A DNA stretch of 64,000 nucleotides from Haliotis cracherodii (lineage: Eukaryota), in the NCBI RefSeq assembly GCF_022045235.1, contig NW_027266280.1, positions 2,108,001-2,172,000 on the forward strand, in the 5' to 3' direction. Shown one piece after another: positions 1 to 13,005 of the stretch. The notes under the pieces are model-generated. The model was not told where the DNA came from, ran no database searches, and saw only the letters and a program-made list of their open reading frames with translations. Each line of letters starts with the position of its first letter. Position 1 is the stretch's first letter. The position numbers were made by a program, and so were the translations under genes.

Positions 1-41
1 TACATCACCGTGGCCAGCAGTGAGGAGGAATTCGTCATCAG
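1..41 (+). CDS. BCKDK: BCKDK internal exon (5'-truncated by window edge)
   Basis: Reads YITVASSEEEFVI(R), like BCKDK ITIANN..LIIR; donor CAG|GTATGT, phase 2, matching the exon at 15120. Confidence 0.85.
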
Positions 42-439
42 GTATGTCATCTTTATGTTGTCGTGACACCATAGTTATTCGTCAGCAATGTGCTTGACCT
101 TAACAGCAGTTTCGGCAGCTTGACTTCTGAGAGTTTCTAGTCCACTTCGGTCCTGCCCCACACTGAAGCACATGTAACACATGTGGCGTCTCCTTGGGCA
201 CGTGACTTTGTTCGAAATCCAGCAGTGAATGGGTATCCAGTGGGTTGTTAACCTGGTAGCGCCTAACATGCAGCTTAGGTTATATTCTCCCCAGGGAGCT
301 GAGAATGATTCTTGAGTGCACACTGATTCAGTGATCAGGGTACTAATAGCGCTTTGAGCATGTCCCTGAGTGTTGTGGATATATGCACAATATAAATGGC
401 CTATTATTGTTGTTGTTGTTGTTATTATAAGCTTTGTGG

Positions 440-812
440 TATAAAAACGGGGGACGCATAAAACCCCATGTACCCCTCCTGATCCTGCTACAACGGATTT
501 ATCTTACCGACATGTTGTAAAATGACATTGTAAAAGAATTCAAACAAATTCAAAATTGATAGAAAACAGCTGTTGGTTAACTTGCGCTATGTCACATGAC
601 TTCCATTGACTCAGTGTAGCTTTTTGCTTTGAAGTGGATTTATTCTGCCCCTCGAGAGATCTATGTGCAGCCTGTATTGCTCATGGCGGGGTATAAGAGA
701 TTTATTCCCTCGCTGAGAAATATATTACCCTCCAAGGTGGGTTACACAGTATTTTATCAAGATCACGTGGACCAATCAGATCTTATCAATCTGATGTGGA
801 GGTATGATAATG
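440..812. mobile_element. Interspersed MITE-like repeat; second copy at 51145-51660
   Basis: Long colinear similarity between the two sites; inverted ends TTTATCTCACC..CATG / CATG..GGTGAGATAAA. Confidence 0.7.
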
Positions 813-1445
813 TTGAGTGTACCTTGCTCACGATCCGATACGTATCAGAATACTTGCAAGGGCTCTTATCTGGGTACGTAAGACATCTTTTTCATAGACA
901 GGATGGCCAAACCAACATTTTACATTTGGCAGTGTCAAGTATGCCGCAATGGATGAAAATATTTATGTTTTCACTACTCATTTTCACTAGTAATTAAGGT
1001 TTTGTGTAACATTTATTAAAGAATACATTTGATATAAGATTCGATCCTTTTTATTTAGTGTGTGCGACTGTGATCTATACTTGTATCAAGAAGTTAAAAG
1101 CCGCGATCAACCAATGTATCGCTGTATCGTCCCACCACTAATGTTCAATAATATTCTGTTAATGATGACCCTGAATACACAGAGACAATGTTTCAGTTTC
1201 TCACATGGCACTAATAGCAATGTCTCGATATTGACGAGAAACGGGCACGAGACCATGAAATATGTGTTAATGTATCGACAACCCTGCAGAGATTTCCGGT
1301 TACAATAGGCCCAAGAAAAATATGTTGGCGCAAGAGCTGATTGTAAGTGACTGGTTAATCCAGCCTCCATTGCCAGTCTACAGGTAACAGTAACACAGCA
1401 GACCCAGGTTCTATTCCCCAGAGCATAAGACAATCCTCACTCTCT

Positions 1446-1840
1446 TAGGGCTGGGACGGGTAACTTGGGTACCCGGGTCGGATGGGTACTGAATAGGACC
1501 TGGGTACCACAGGACTGCCCGGACCCGTGGTTAGACATGTGATAGAAGTTTATAGAAAAAAATTATCTGGAAATCTATGGTTACACTACAAGTCGTGAAT
1601 GTTGCATTTCTTTCTGACTTTTTATATGGTTGAATAAAGTTAGAGCTTATGTCAACTTCAGTGTATGCATGACCAGATCGTTTAATACATGTATCTGAAT
1701 ACGTTTTGCTAGTGCTGTGGTGAAAAGAAATCCCAATCGGACACTTTGTATCTCTTGAGACCTACAGTGGGTACCTGGGGAGGGTCGGGCAATAGGGGGA
1801 CGGGTACCTGGGTTGTAGATTTGGACTCGTCCCAGCCCTA
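1446..1840. mobile_element. hAT-type MITE
   Basis: TIRs TAGGGCTGGGACG / CGTCCCAGCCCTA; exact 8-bp TSD CACTCTCT at 1438-1445 and 1841-1848. Confidence 0.9.
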
Positions 1841-1862
1841 CACTCTCTCACCCATATTGTCA

Positions 1863-2011
1863 TGAGTGAGTTTGTGAGTGAGTATGGTTTTACGCCGCTT
1901 TTAGCAATATTCCAGCAATATCATGGTAGGGGACACTAGAAATGGGCTTCACACATTGTACCCATGTCGGGAATCGAACCCAGGTCTTCGGCATGACGAG
2001 CGGATCGCCCC
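1863..2011 (-). mobile_element. tRNA-derived SINE family 1
   Basis: Reverse complement of the 9213-9375 copy. Confidence 0.85.
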
Positions 2012-2127
2012 GCTGATGAAGAGTCAAGAAGTAGCCCTGAATTTGGCTGAAACCAGATTACATATATAGTGTATGAAGGTGTATGTGAAGTGAATATATA
2101 AACTACGGACGTAGCTACCGAGGGGCC

Positions 2128-2290
2128 TGGGGCGGTCGGGTAGCCTAGTGGTTAAAGCGTTCGCTCGTCACGCCAAAGACCCGGGTTCGATTCCTGACAT
2201 GGGTACAATGTGAGAAGCCCATTTCTGGTGTCCCCCGCAGTGATATTGCTGGAATATTGCTAAAAGCGGCATAAAAACATACTCACTCAA
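2128..2290 (+). mobile_element. tRNA-derived SINE family 1
   Basis: A box TAGCCTAGTGG, B box GGTTCGATTCC, (ACTC)n tail. Confidence 0.9.
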
Positions 2291-3143
2291 CCAACTCAGC
2301 ACGAGGTCTTAGAACCAACCCACTCGCCTGTTCAACCTGTAGTTGTCAGTGTGCCCTATGGACTAGAAGGACTATTTGTTTCATATCAAATATACATGGT
2401 CACCTCCATGGTCTAGTGGATGGAGCGTGTGCCTAGACAGCAGAAGGTTGGTGGTTCAATCCCTAGCCGCATCATACCAAAAGACGTTACAAAATGGTAC
2501 TTTTTGGATGAGGGATCGTGGGGTAGACCTGGGTTCGATTCCCCAAAAGTGTACATTGCGTGAAGCCCTTTTATCATCCAAAACTGGTTCCCACAGGAGA
2601 TATTGCTTGGGTGAGATCAAGCGATATCTACATTGTAGATATTGCTGTTATAAATCACTGATTTTCTTTTGGTTGAAAATTCAGTTTAAGAATGCGATTG
2701 AATGATAAATAAAATCTCACCCTCGTGTCTTTTGATATCAAATATATCAACACATGTTGATATATTTGATATCAAAAGACCCTTGGATGAGATTCTCTAT
2801 TTCTGATGTCCCCTGTCATGATATTGCTGGATTATTTCTCAAAGCAGCGGAAAACCTCACTCACTCTAGACATGATGTCTGATCCACTCAATTACCGAGA
2901 AACTACAAGAGTATCCGTTTTTAGAACTATGTACAATTTATTTCACTGTAAGCCACATAACAGGATTTGTAAAAATGTGTTGAATTGTTTAGAAAATAGA
3001 AAATGCAGCTACAGGCGTTGTCTTACGTTGACACAGTTCAATACAAGCTTGTACCTCGTCACACTGAGCCTCCGTGTAGCGATGTGTCTCACTTAATGCA
3101 TACAGTCAACATACTACATTTGCTTTTTCAAAAGGGTGTGTGA

Positions 3144-3490
3144 GCTGACAAGGCAGGGGACATCTATGTTTAGTTCAGCACCCGTCTGCAACAGCTACAA
3201 GGCAGGGGACATCTGTGTTTAGTTCAGCACCTGTCTGCAACAGCTACAAGGCAGGGGACATCTGTGTTTAGTTCAGCACCTATCTGCAACAGCTACAAGG
3301 CAGGGGACATCTGTGTTTAGTTCAGCACCTATCTGCAACAGCTACAAGGCAGGGGACATCTGTGTTTAGTTCAGCACCCGTCTGCAACAGCTACAAGGCA
3401 GGGGACATCTGTGTTTAGTTCAGCACCTGTCTGCAACAGCTACAAGGCAGGGGACATCTGTGTTTAGTTCAGCACCCGTCTGCAACAGCT
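3144..3490. repeat. 49-bp minisatellite, ~7 copies
   Basis: Unit ACAAGGCAGGGGACATCTGTGTTTAGTTCAGCACCTGTCTGCAACAGCT. Confidence 0.95.
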
Positions 3491-3581
3491 GATGACCGCG
3501 GTAGTTCTGTTACTGATCACGTCTCCACTGACCTGAGTCAAGTGCATAGTCAACAATGAACACAACCAATCGCTATTTGAT

Positions 3582-4769
3582 TCACTTTGAGACTGGAGGA
3601 CTCGTCTCTGTTATGAGTCGTTCTGAAAACGATATCTCTGACGATGACAGTTGCTCATCCCCTTCCTTGTGGCCACTAGTCACTGAATGTTTCCTTGTCT
3701 GCGTTTCATGGCGGTTTCTACGACCAGAACTTATTTGAATTGGTGGTAACGGAACTGGACCCTCATGAGAAATAATATCGGGTGAATCCATGGTTGTATT
3801 GTAGTCTGAGAAGAATTCTGCATCAGATTCATACTGCTCCCGTGTGTAGTCCAGTTGGTTGAGATGTTGAGAGTTATCTCCCTTACCTTTCCTTTTGTGC
3901 CGAGGAGTTCCAATAGAGGGCAGAATGGAATACTTCCTTTCTTGAACTTGGTGTGCTTGAATGTAATCAAGGGGGTCCGATATTTCCTTTGGTTTCATTG
4001 TAAAATTGTCTCTAGGAGTTGAACTGAAGCACGGACCAGTATTCTCCGGTGCCGTGGGCGTAGTTTGAATACCTGATCGCCGAGAATATTCAACAAGTGT
4101 GTTTTCCCTGCTTAGTCCCAGATCAGGAGGAAGGTTGAGTCTGGGCACCAAGCTATGTGGGTTCGGGATTCGGGGCATGGGAGAGTATGTTCTGCCCTCC
4201 ACATCGTGACTTACAGACGGTCTTCTCCTCAGCAGCACGTCGTGTTTCATCACAGACTCACCCCGACAATACATCGACTGACTGCTGTTAGGCTGCAATG
4301 TCTGTAACTGCTGCGTGAAGGCCAACCGGTGCTGTGGAGCAAACGAACCAATGTTCTCCAGATTCAAACCCTTTTCTCGAGGGGATGGAGCAACATCCAT
4401 CTCTCTCCTGCCTCTTTCACTATAGAAGCCTGCATTGTATTTAAGTCTCTGCTCGTCTTCTTTCGAGCTCTTCAACCTCCGACTTAGGTTTCTGGCACTT
4501 GGAAGTTGGGTATATGTTTCCGAAGGAACCACGTGGACAGAATCAGCTGGTCTCCTGTTCTGTGGTATAATCGTAGTGTGGTCTGGGAATGGAGAAATAT
4601 TTTCACAAACAAGTTCCGGACTTTCGTGATTGGGTCTAACATGATGTGGTTTGTTTTGTCTGCTTCTGTGCGACTTGTGTTGAGCCCATGTGGTTTGTGA
4701 ACGCTCCACTCGGGGTAAGGTGTTTTCAGAGTACCCAAAGCTGTGGTTGTCATCAAAACTACGACTCAT
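3582..4769 (-). CDS. Uncharacterised ~395-aa Ser/Arg/Pro/His-rich, probably disordered protein nested antisense in the BCKDK intron
   Basis: 1.2-kb non-repetitive stop-free frame; ATG at 4769; strong acceptor tttctatatttcag ending at 4805; no recognised domain. Confidence 0.7.
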   Translation of the reverse strand: MSRSFDDNHSFGYSENTLPRVERSQTTWAQHKSHRSRQNKPHHVRPNHESPELVCENISPFPDHTTIIPQNRRPADSVHVVPSETYTQLPSARNLSRRLKSSKEDEQRLKYNAGFYSERGRREMDVAPSPREKGLNLENIGSFAPQHRLAFTQQLQTLQPNSSQSMYCRGESVMKHDVLLRRRPSVSHDVEGRTYSPMPRIPNPHSLVPRLNLPPDLGLSRENTLVEYSRRSGIQTTPTAPENTGPCFSSTPRDNFTMKPKEISDPLDYIQAHQVQERKYSILPSIGTPRHKRKGKGDNSQHLNQLDYTREQYESDAEFFSDYNTTMDSPDIISHEGPVPLPPIQISSGRRNRHETQTRKHSVTSGHKEGDEQLSSSEISFSERLITETSPPVSK

Positions 4770-6204
4770 CTTGACAGCAAACAAAACGGGAAAATGAGTT
4801 GAAGCTGAAATATAGAAATGAATTCACAATATTCATAGCACAAAATATTTGAAGAATTTCACTACATTTACTACATCAGAAATAAATTTGACTGAAAACA
4901 GTTACGATCTATAGGACAATAGTGATGAGTTAATCTTGGTGATAATAGTTCTCTGTGATAACAGTAAAATGCGATTGGTTAATCTTGGTGATAGACGTTG
5001 TGTGATAACAGTATTATGCTACAACTATCAGTTGTAACATGAAACCCCATTCCCTAATCTTTATTTATCATTTACATTGAGAAAGTCATAAATAATTAAT
5101 CTCTTGGTTCAGTATTGACATGAATGAAGGTTCATGTTTCTCATATCTATGGCGATCTGTGGACGCAAGATCAAGCTCTGGCTGCCCTGTGTGAGGAGCC
5201 AGGGAGCTCCGCTTTCATCAGTTGGTGCAAACTCGGCCGTATCAACCCAATTACAGTTTCTGGTCACTGAGTACTGGATGTTTATTGGATCATTAAAAGG
5301 TTGCATGATCCCCTGCAGAGTGAAACTATTCACCACACAAACAGTGTTGATTTGGGCAGGTTTTGTTGATCCCCTGTCGACAGAAACTATTCACTACACA
5401 AACTGTTGATTTGGGCAGGTTTTGTTTTGTTTTGTTTGTTGTGTTATGCTGAACCAGACAATCCAGTGATTGATATTATGAGTAACATCCCAAGCAATCT
5501 CTTCTTCCCCCCCACTCCTGTTCCTTCAGGTGTGAAGGGGGCCAGTGAAAAGAGGCAATAAGGGTCAAGTTATCACAACACAATTCTTGCTATCGTCCAT
5601 GAATAAAGTGCACAGTTATCTCCCCTGGGCTGGGCAGGATAGGGTCCTGTATTCTGATACTGGTATCTTTTATAACCTGAACTTTGGATCACAGTTGGAA
5701 AATGGTATTATTTTATCCCATGTTTGAAGTTAACAGTTATTGTGTCATCTTGCTATTGTGGGTATTGTGTAATGACATCTTAATTTGGTCCCCAGTAACC
5801 CATGTTTGTCTTTGGGGTGACTAAACTGGATCATGTGATAAGGCTCTTTGACCTTGCTGAATGCGTGACCTGATTGCATGTCATTGTGCCCTGATGGCGT
5901 GAGTCAGTGCTCATGCTGTTGATCACTAGTCTGTCTGGTCCCGGAGTTGATAATTAACAGACCTTCGTGATTCAGCTTGAATATTACTGACTGCAGCATT
6001 GAACAATATTGACTCACTAACTCTATGAGAACATTGTGTATTCACCTTATCAGTTTGATAATATTTCAAAAATAAGTTTGCATTTCACATGTAGCTGTCA
6101 TTGCAAGGTTCATATGGCATTAGAGAAGGCTGTAGTATATTTTTAGACACGTCATTGTGGTCACATAGGGACTGTGGGCTTAAACATACTGACAACTAAC
6201 ACCT

Positions 6205-6365
6205 GTGGTGCAGTTGCCTAGTGGTTAAAGCGTTCGCACGTCACGCCAAAGGCCCAGGTTTCGATTCCCCACATGGGTACAAAGTGTGAAGCCCATTTCT
6301 GCTGTCCCCCCCGTCGCGATATTGCTGGAATATTGCTAAAACGTCGTAAAACCTCTCACTCACAC
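6205..6365 (+). mobile_element. SINE family 1
   Basis: Same body and tail as the other copies. Confidence 0.85.
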
Positions 6366-7939
6366 ATTCAAAGAGGCATTAAAACACTAAATCATAGTCC
6401 TTACAACTTTCATTCAGAGTGTTTAACCTTACTGACAGTACTTTAAATGCTAAACAGTAATTGGGCTGCTTTTAATGCTACCAAAAGATCTGTTTAGGCT
6501 GAAGAGGGAAAATGGGACATACCTTGTTGTGATGGACACACCAGTTATTCCAGTTGAGGTTGCCGGGGGTTTCTGTAGACCTTCCACATGCTGTAGACGG
6601 GGTTGTGTATGGAGTATATTGCAGTCAATTAACACAAGCAGCCTTGGGGGAAATGGCCCACTATATATACTATGCCAGTGTTTTTACATAACTAATGAAT
6701 ATCAAATTCTTCATCACTTGTTCAGTGTTATAAGTTGCATGAATGAGCTATCAGTGTCGATTCAGCTCCATGAGTAGGATACGAGACCGTATGTACCTGC
6801 TGTCCATGGTATATTAGTGCCCTGAGTAGCGGTGGATAGGACACTCAGTGATGGATATCTGTACCGTGAAGAAACAACACAGACCGGAATGGGTGGAAGC
6901 AAGTGTCAGCAATTGGAGGATTTACGTCTTCTCCAAGAATAGGTTGTATTTCAGTCTTCTGAAGTGTGTGTTCGTGAAGGTTCTTCAAAGCTGAGTGAAT
7001 ATGCTCCTTCTCATGTGTGTCCCTCTTGAAATGTACCTTGTCAACCGTCTGTTTCATAGGGTCTTGTCAGGGTATAACACAATCACATGAGTTTGTGACT
7101 CTTGAAAGTGTTTCCTCTATGGCTTGTTCTCATGGCAGGGTGATTTGGCCAGTATGTGTCAGGGATTTATCTGGTCCTGCTCGGAGATTGATGAAGTCTG
7201 CAGCCAATGGCAGTACAAGTTTCCAAATTGGAATTATGAATTTCCCATTTCATGTACTTCTAGGTATTACCAATGATAACCAATGTTATGGCTTTGTAGA
7301 GTTGACTCGTATTTCACTGATTACAGGACCAATAAAGAATTTCAAAAACGGTTTTGTGCTTATTTTTCACAATTGCATTGAATGCTATGTGAAAACAACT
7401 CCTAATTTGAGAAAATGAAAACATTAACAAAAATCCTAATTTTGAAAATAATAAGTTTGGAATCCTAGATAAATCCTGGGTGAGGTTGTTGATAGGTCCT
7501 CATGAATGTTGTAACTTAAGTGTAGACAACTTCCCAGTAAAAGACAGTGCCATCTACTGTCCCAGCCTACAGCCTCCAGTATGTCTCTGTGCAGCAGCCA
7601 TCACTCACACACTAGCTTCCACACAGCGGACACTTGAACCAAGCTGATAATCCACATGCAGGCTTTTGTTGAAATCCACCCCACTTGTCCTGAGCTGCTT
7701 GGAGTACTCCTTACCTGCAAACTAACACTGTAACAATGTAGAGGTTATCAACACCTGAACTCAGCAGTAGCTGCAAGTACAGTTGACGGTTGTTAGGCAG
7801 ACAGGACCACAAGGAAACAGGGGAGTCCATTGTTACATCGGATATATGCGATGAAGGGGACAGAATAAAATTTTGGAATCTGTATGCTACCATACAAAGT
7901 TACACATGATGTTGTAAAATAACTATTACTTCTATCAGT

Positions 7940-8575
7940 GATAGTCCTTATAATGATAACATATTGCATAACCCTTAAAAAGGGCAATTATATACTAGTC
8001 CTTAATACCTTCATACCTTAACTATTGGGCAGTTTGGAAAGGACGCCAGGACTAGTGTGAATTTTGAATGCCATCTATGATGAGATGTGTCCAACATCTG
8101 TTTGATGCTGTATAGATGCTGGGTTGTTGTCACAACTTGACCCCAGAAGCGTCTCAGAAGCACCGTGGTACACTCATCTGACTCACTCAAGCACTGCGCT
8201 ACTTACACATACTTACAGGGTAGGAAATACCTTGTATCAGAGCCCAAGTGGCACAGTTAAACATTAGGACATGGTTAAGGTACAGGCCTGGTGCCTTAAG
8301 GGCACACTTAACAATAATGCAGAAATGAAAAGACCACGCCAGTGACAAATGTCCTTTGCCAAAGTAGCCTGGACAAATGTTTAAAATGAACATACTTCAT
8401 GCACATTCATAAACAACCCTGGTATTCGGAAGCTGAATAGCATGTCAGCATTAGAAATTATCACTAGTCCTGTAGTCCTTGTCAAACTACCCAATAGTTA
8501 AGGTATCATAAGGACTAGTAGAAATATGCCATTTTTAAGGGTTTTGCTATAATTATGTTATCATCATGGACTAAA
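7940..8575. mobile_element. Foldback/MITE-like element with ~120-bp diverged inverted arms
   Basis: 7940-8058 is the reverse complement of 8462-8575 (ACCCTTAAAAA..CTAGTCCTTA..TAACTATTGGG..AGGACTAGTG). Confidence 0.75.
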
Positions 8576-9212
8576 AATGTTAGTTTCTACCACTGGATGT
8601 TATTTAGTTCATGAAAACTTATTGTCTAGTGTGGTGAAATGACTTTCACCAAGACTTTAGTGGATCATAAGTCGTCTTCTTTGAACACTAGAATTCCAAA
8701 AGGCATACCTCAACCTGTGCATTGTAAAACACCAACATTTGTACCCTCACCTTGGTAAGGCCCATGAACCTTGCAGCACAGGAGACCCTCTGCTGGCCAA
8801 CACACGGTAACAGTGTTGCTGTTACTCAACCCCAGGCAGGTAATAATACCCTGATCCAATCACACGGCTAGCCGACGGTCACATGTCAAGGAGTAATGTA
8901 CTGACATTGGTTATCATCAGGTAAATCACACAGCCTTGTAATCAGTGAAACCTGCTTCAAATACTGCAGTGGGAATAAGGGTGTCGGTTACAATTCCTGC
9001 TGGAATAAGATGAGATATTCAGCTGCATCTATTATTGATGGTGGTTGGTGTTCAGTGGCAATAAGATTGGGATCAGCTCATGGTCGAGTCAGTTTGAGAG
9101 TTGGGGAATAACAGCAACTTGTCACATTAGGATGTTTATTACAAGTGATGGCAGTCATAGATCTATGAATAGAATACCACATGTCTACTGTCTATGACAT
9201 CAGCTACCAAAA

Positions 9213-9375
9213 GGGGCGGTCGGGTAGCCTAGTGGTTAAAGCGTTCGCTCGTCACGCCGAAGACCCGGGTTCGATTCCCGACATGGGTACAATGTGTGAA
9301 GCCCATTTCTGGTGTCCCCCGCCATGATATTGCTGGAATATTGCTAAAAGCGGCGTAAAATCATACTCACTCACT
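9213..9375 (+). mobile_element. SINE family 1, tRNA(Asp)-like head (reference copy)
   Basis: GGGGCGGTCGGGTAGCCTAGTGGTTAAAGCGTTCGCTCGTCACGCCGAAGACCCGGGTTCGATTCCCG; further copies near 17478, 25290, 25455, 50330. Confidence 0.9.
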
Positions 9376-10207
9376 TCAAGTCCAAAGCCTGGGTCTAAGG
9401 CGTTAGGAAGTAAACTTTGTTTGTTTGTTTGGTTGTTGTTTAATGCCGCACTCAGCAATATTCCAGCTATATGTTACCAGTTTCAAGCTTGCGACTTCCA
9501 TTCCAGACTATACTTTTAAAGTATTTTGAATAAGTAATACAGCCTGTAACAGTAGATTTGTGTTAAACTTTAGAGGTTGCATGATTACAAAGCATATTCT
9601 GCTTACAATGTAACATAACAGTATGAATATTTATTTTTTATTGTATTTTTTTTTTACGCCTTTGAATTGTTATCGATCATGTAGTTGTCTGATTTTCGAT
9701 CACAAACGTTGATTCTACTTCATTTCATTTATCCGACATACTCGTTAATCCGGCATAATCATATGCAACCATCGATGTCGGATTAACGGGACTTGACTGT
9801 ATATGACTATTTGGGTAGATTAGAATGTGGTTGTGTGGTAAGCACTGACATTGGCTTCTCCACCTGTGTTGAACTGATATGGTACGTCATATGAATTATT
9901 AACGACACTGGCCTTGGTGATTTGCGTCGTGGTGATGAGGTGCATCTGTTTCTCTAAATAGGAGGAATTATTGATACGATCTATCAGCAGTCACATCACT
10001 AGGATCATGTACATTGCTCTGGATCGTCTGTCAGATCACATTAGTCAAATTGGATGAAATGCTGTGGTACAACCTTGGTGCACTGTATATATACTGATCA
10101 AAAGAAGTGCCATGGCAAATTAACTATTGTCATAGGAAAAAAATCAGGTGTTCTTAAACTTCTTTTGAGTAGTATACAGTAAGGGTGGTCATTTTTCACA
10201 TTTTTGT

Positions 10208-10445
10208 GACCCGTGAAATCCAGGGTAGAATAGGTCCACAGCAACCCATGCTTGCTGTAAAAGGCCACTAACGGGATCGGGTGGTTTGACTCGCTAACTT
10301 GGTTGATGCCTGTCATCATGTCCCAATGCGTAAACGATGCTCACGTTGTCAATCACTGGATTGTCTGGTCCAGACTTGATTATTTACAGACCACCATCAT
10401 ATAGCTGGAATATTGCTGAGTGTGGTGTAAAACAACAAACAAACA
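10208..10445 (+). mobile_element. SINE-like family 2, (AAAC)n tail
   Basis: GACCCGTGAA..AACGGGATCGGGTGG..CACTGGATTGTCTGGTCCAGAC..GCTGGAATATTGCTGAG; copies near 5790, 18734, 21775, 49390, 59365, 62103. Confidence 0.85.
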
Positions 10446-10856
10446 TATCATTTTATTGTGGATAAAAATTTGATTGTATTTCTTGACGGAATGCACTCAT
10501 CTCTGGTGTCAGGGAAATGCTCATTTGGGACTTGATACCTTCCCTAGTACAGGATTGTATCCAGGTTTCCAAACAAAGTGCCTTTTGTAGGCAAATTGGT
10601 AAAAAAGAATTAACTTGTTCAAAATTTGGATTTTCCAAAACAAATTATTTGCTTATATTCAGAGGTAGCTGACATTGCATTCAATGCGTAAATGTAAAAC
10701 TAGACTCTAGATGAGTCCTAGACTCTAGATGTGTCCTGTTGTTGGTTAAGTACAAAGTCACCTCTACTAATCATAACATGAGAAATATATTAACAGGAAT
10801 ATTAACAGGGACATTTTAGTTCCAGTTTGGGAAGTTTTGTTGTCAAACTCAGTGCC

Positions 10857-13005
10857 GAATATTGGCCTCGGGGGTGGTGTACATAAATCCCTGTAGTATG
10901 TTGGTAGAGAATATCGGCCTCCTGGCTGGTGTACATAAACCCCTGTAGTATGTTGGTAGAGAATATCGGCCTCCTGGCTGGTGTACATAAATCCCTGTAG
11001 TATGTTGATAGAGAATATCGGCCTCCTGGCTAGTGTACATAAATCCCTGTAGTATGTTGGTAGAGAATATCGGCCTCCTGGCTGGTGTACATAAATCCCT
11101 TTAGTATGTTGGTAGAGAATATCGGCCTCCTGGCTGGTGTACATAAATCCCTGTAGTATGTTGGTAGAGAATATTGGCCTCCTGGCTGGTGTACATAAAT
11201 CCCTGTGGTATGTTGATAGAGAATATCGGCCTCCTGGCTGGTGTACATAAATCCCTGTAGTATGTTGATAGAGAATATCGGCCTCCTGGCTGGTGTACAT
11301 AAATCCCTGTAGCATGTTGATAGAGAATATCAGCCTCCTGGCTGGTGTACATAAATCCCTGTAGTATGTTGGTAGAGAATATCAGCCTCCTGGCTGGTGT
11401 ACATAAATCCCTGTAGTATGTTGGTAGAGAATATTGGCCTCCTGGCTGGTGTACATAAATCCCTGTAGTATGTTGGTAGAGAATATCGGCCTGGCTGGTG
11501 TACATAAATCCCTGTAGTATGTTGATAGAGAATATCGGGCTCCTGGCTGGTGTACATAAATCCCTGTAGTATGTTGGTAGAGAATATTGGCCTCCTGGCT
11601 GGTGTACATAAATCCCTGTAGTATGTTGGTAGAGAATATCGGCCTCCTGGCTGGTGTACATAAATCCCTGTAGTATGTTGATAGAGAATATCAGCCTCCT
11701 GGCTGGTGTACATAAATCCCTGTAGTATGTTGGTAGAGAATATTGGCCTCCTGGCTGGTGTACATAAATCCCTGTAGCATGTTGGTAGAGAATATCAGCC
11801 TCCTGGCTGGTGTACATAAATCCCTGTAGTATGTTGGTAGAGAATATTGGCCTCCTGGCTGGTGTACATAAATCCCTGTAGTATGTTGGTAGAGAATATC
11901 GGCCTGGCTGGTGTACATAAATCCCTGTAGTATGTTGATAGAGAATATCGGGCTCCTGGCTGGTGTACATAAATCCCTGTAGTATGTTGGTAGAGAATAT
12001 TGGCCTCCTGGCTGGTGTACATAAATCCCTGTAGTATGTTGGTAGAGAATATCGGCCTCCTGGCTGGTGTACATAAATCCCTGTAGTATGTTGATAGAGA
12101 ATATCAGCCTCCTGGCTGGTGTACATAAATCCCTGTAGTATGTTGGTAGAGAATATTGGCCTCCTGGCTGGTGTACATAAATCCCTGTAGTATGTTGATA
12201 GAGAATATTGGCCTCCTGGCTGGTGTACATAAATCCCTGTAGTATGTTGGTAGAGAATATCGGCCTCCTGGCTGGTGTACATAAACCCCTGTAGTATGTT
12301 GGCATCCTGGCTGGTGTACATAAATCCCTGTAGTATGTTGGCCTCCTGGCTGGTGTACATAAATACCTGCAGTATGTTGGCCTCCTTGCTGGTGTACAGA
12401 AATACCTGCAGTATGTTGGCCTCCTTGCTGGTGTACAGAAATACCTGCAGTATGTTGGCCTCCTGGCTGGTGTACATAAATACCTGCAGTATGTTGGCCT
12501 CCTGGCTGGTGTACAGAAATACCTGCAGTATGTTGGCCTCCTTGCTGGTGTACATAAATCCCTATAGTATGTTGGCCTCCTGGCTGGTGTACATAAATAC
12601 CTGTAGTATGTTGGCCTCCTGGCTGGTGTACAGAAATACCTGTAGTATGTTGGCCTCCTTGCTGGTGTACAGAAATACCTGTAGTATGTTGGCCTCCTGG
12701 CTGGTGTACAGAAATACCTGCAGTATGTTGGCCTCCTGGCTGGTGTACAGAAATACCTGCAGTATGTTGGCCTCCTTGCTGGTGTACATAAATCCCTATA
12801 GTATGTTGGCCTCCTGGCTGGTGTACAGAAATACCTGCAGTATGTTGGCCTCCTGGCTGGTGTACATAAATACCTGTAGTATGTTGGCCTCCTGGCTGGT
12901 GTACATAAATACCTGCAGTATGTTGGCCTCCTTGCTGGTGTACAGAAATCCCTGTGGTATGTTGGCCTCCTGGCTGGTGTACATAAATACCTGTCGTATG
13001 TTGGC
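10857..13005. repeat. Compound minisatellite: 52-bp units then derived 39-bp units
   Basis: GAATATCGGCCTCCTGGCTGGTGTACATAAATCCCTGTAGTATGTTGGTAGA; 13 bp lost after ~12290. Confidence 0.95.

Noticed and set aside
9213-9290. tRNA-Asp gene
   Set aside because: No proper acceptor stem, and it continues into a repeated body and tail; it is a SINE head
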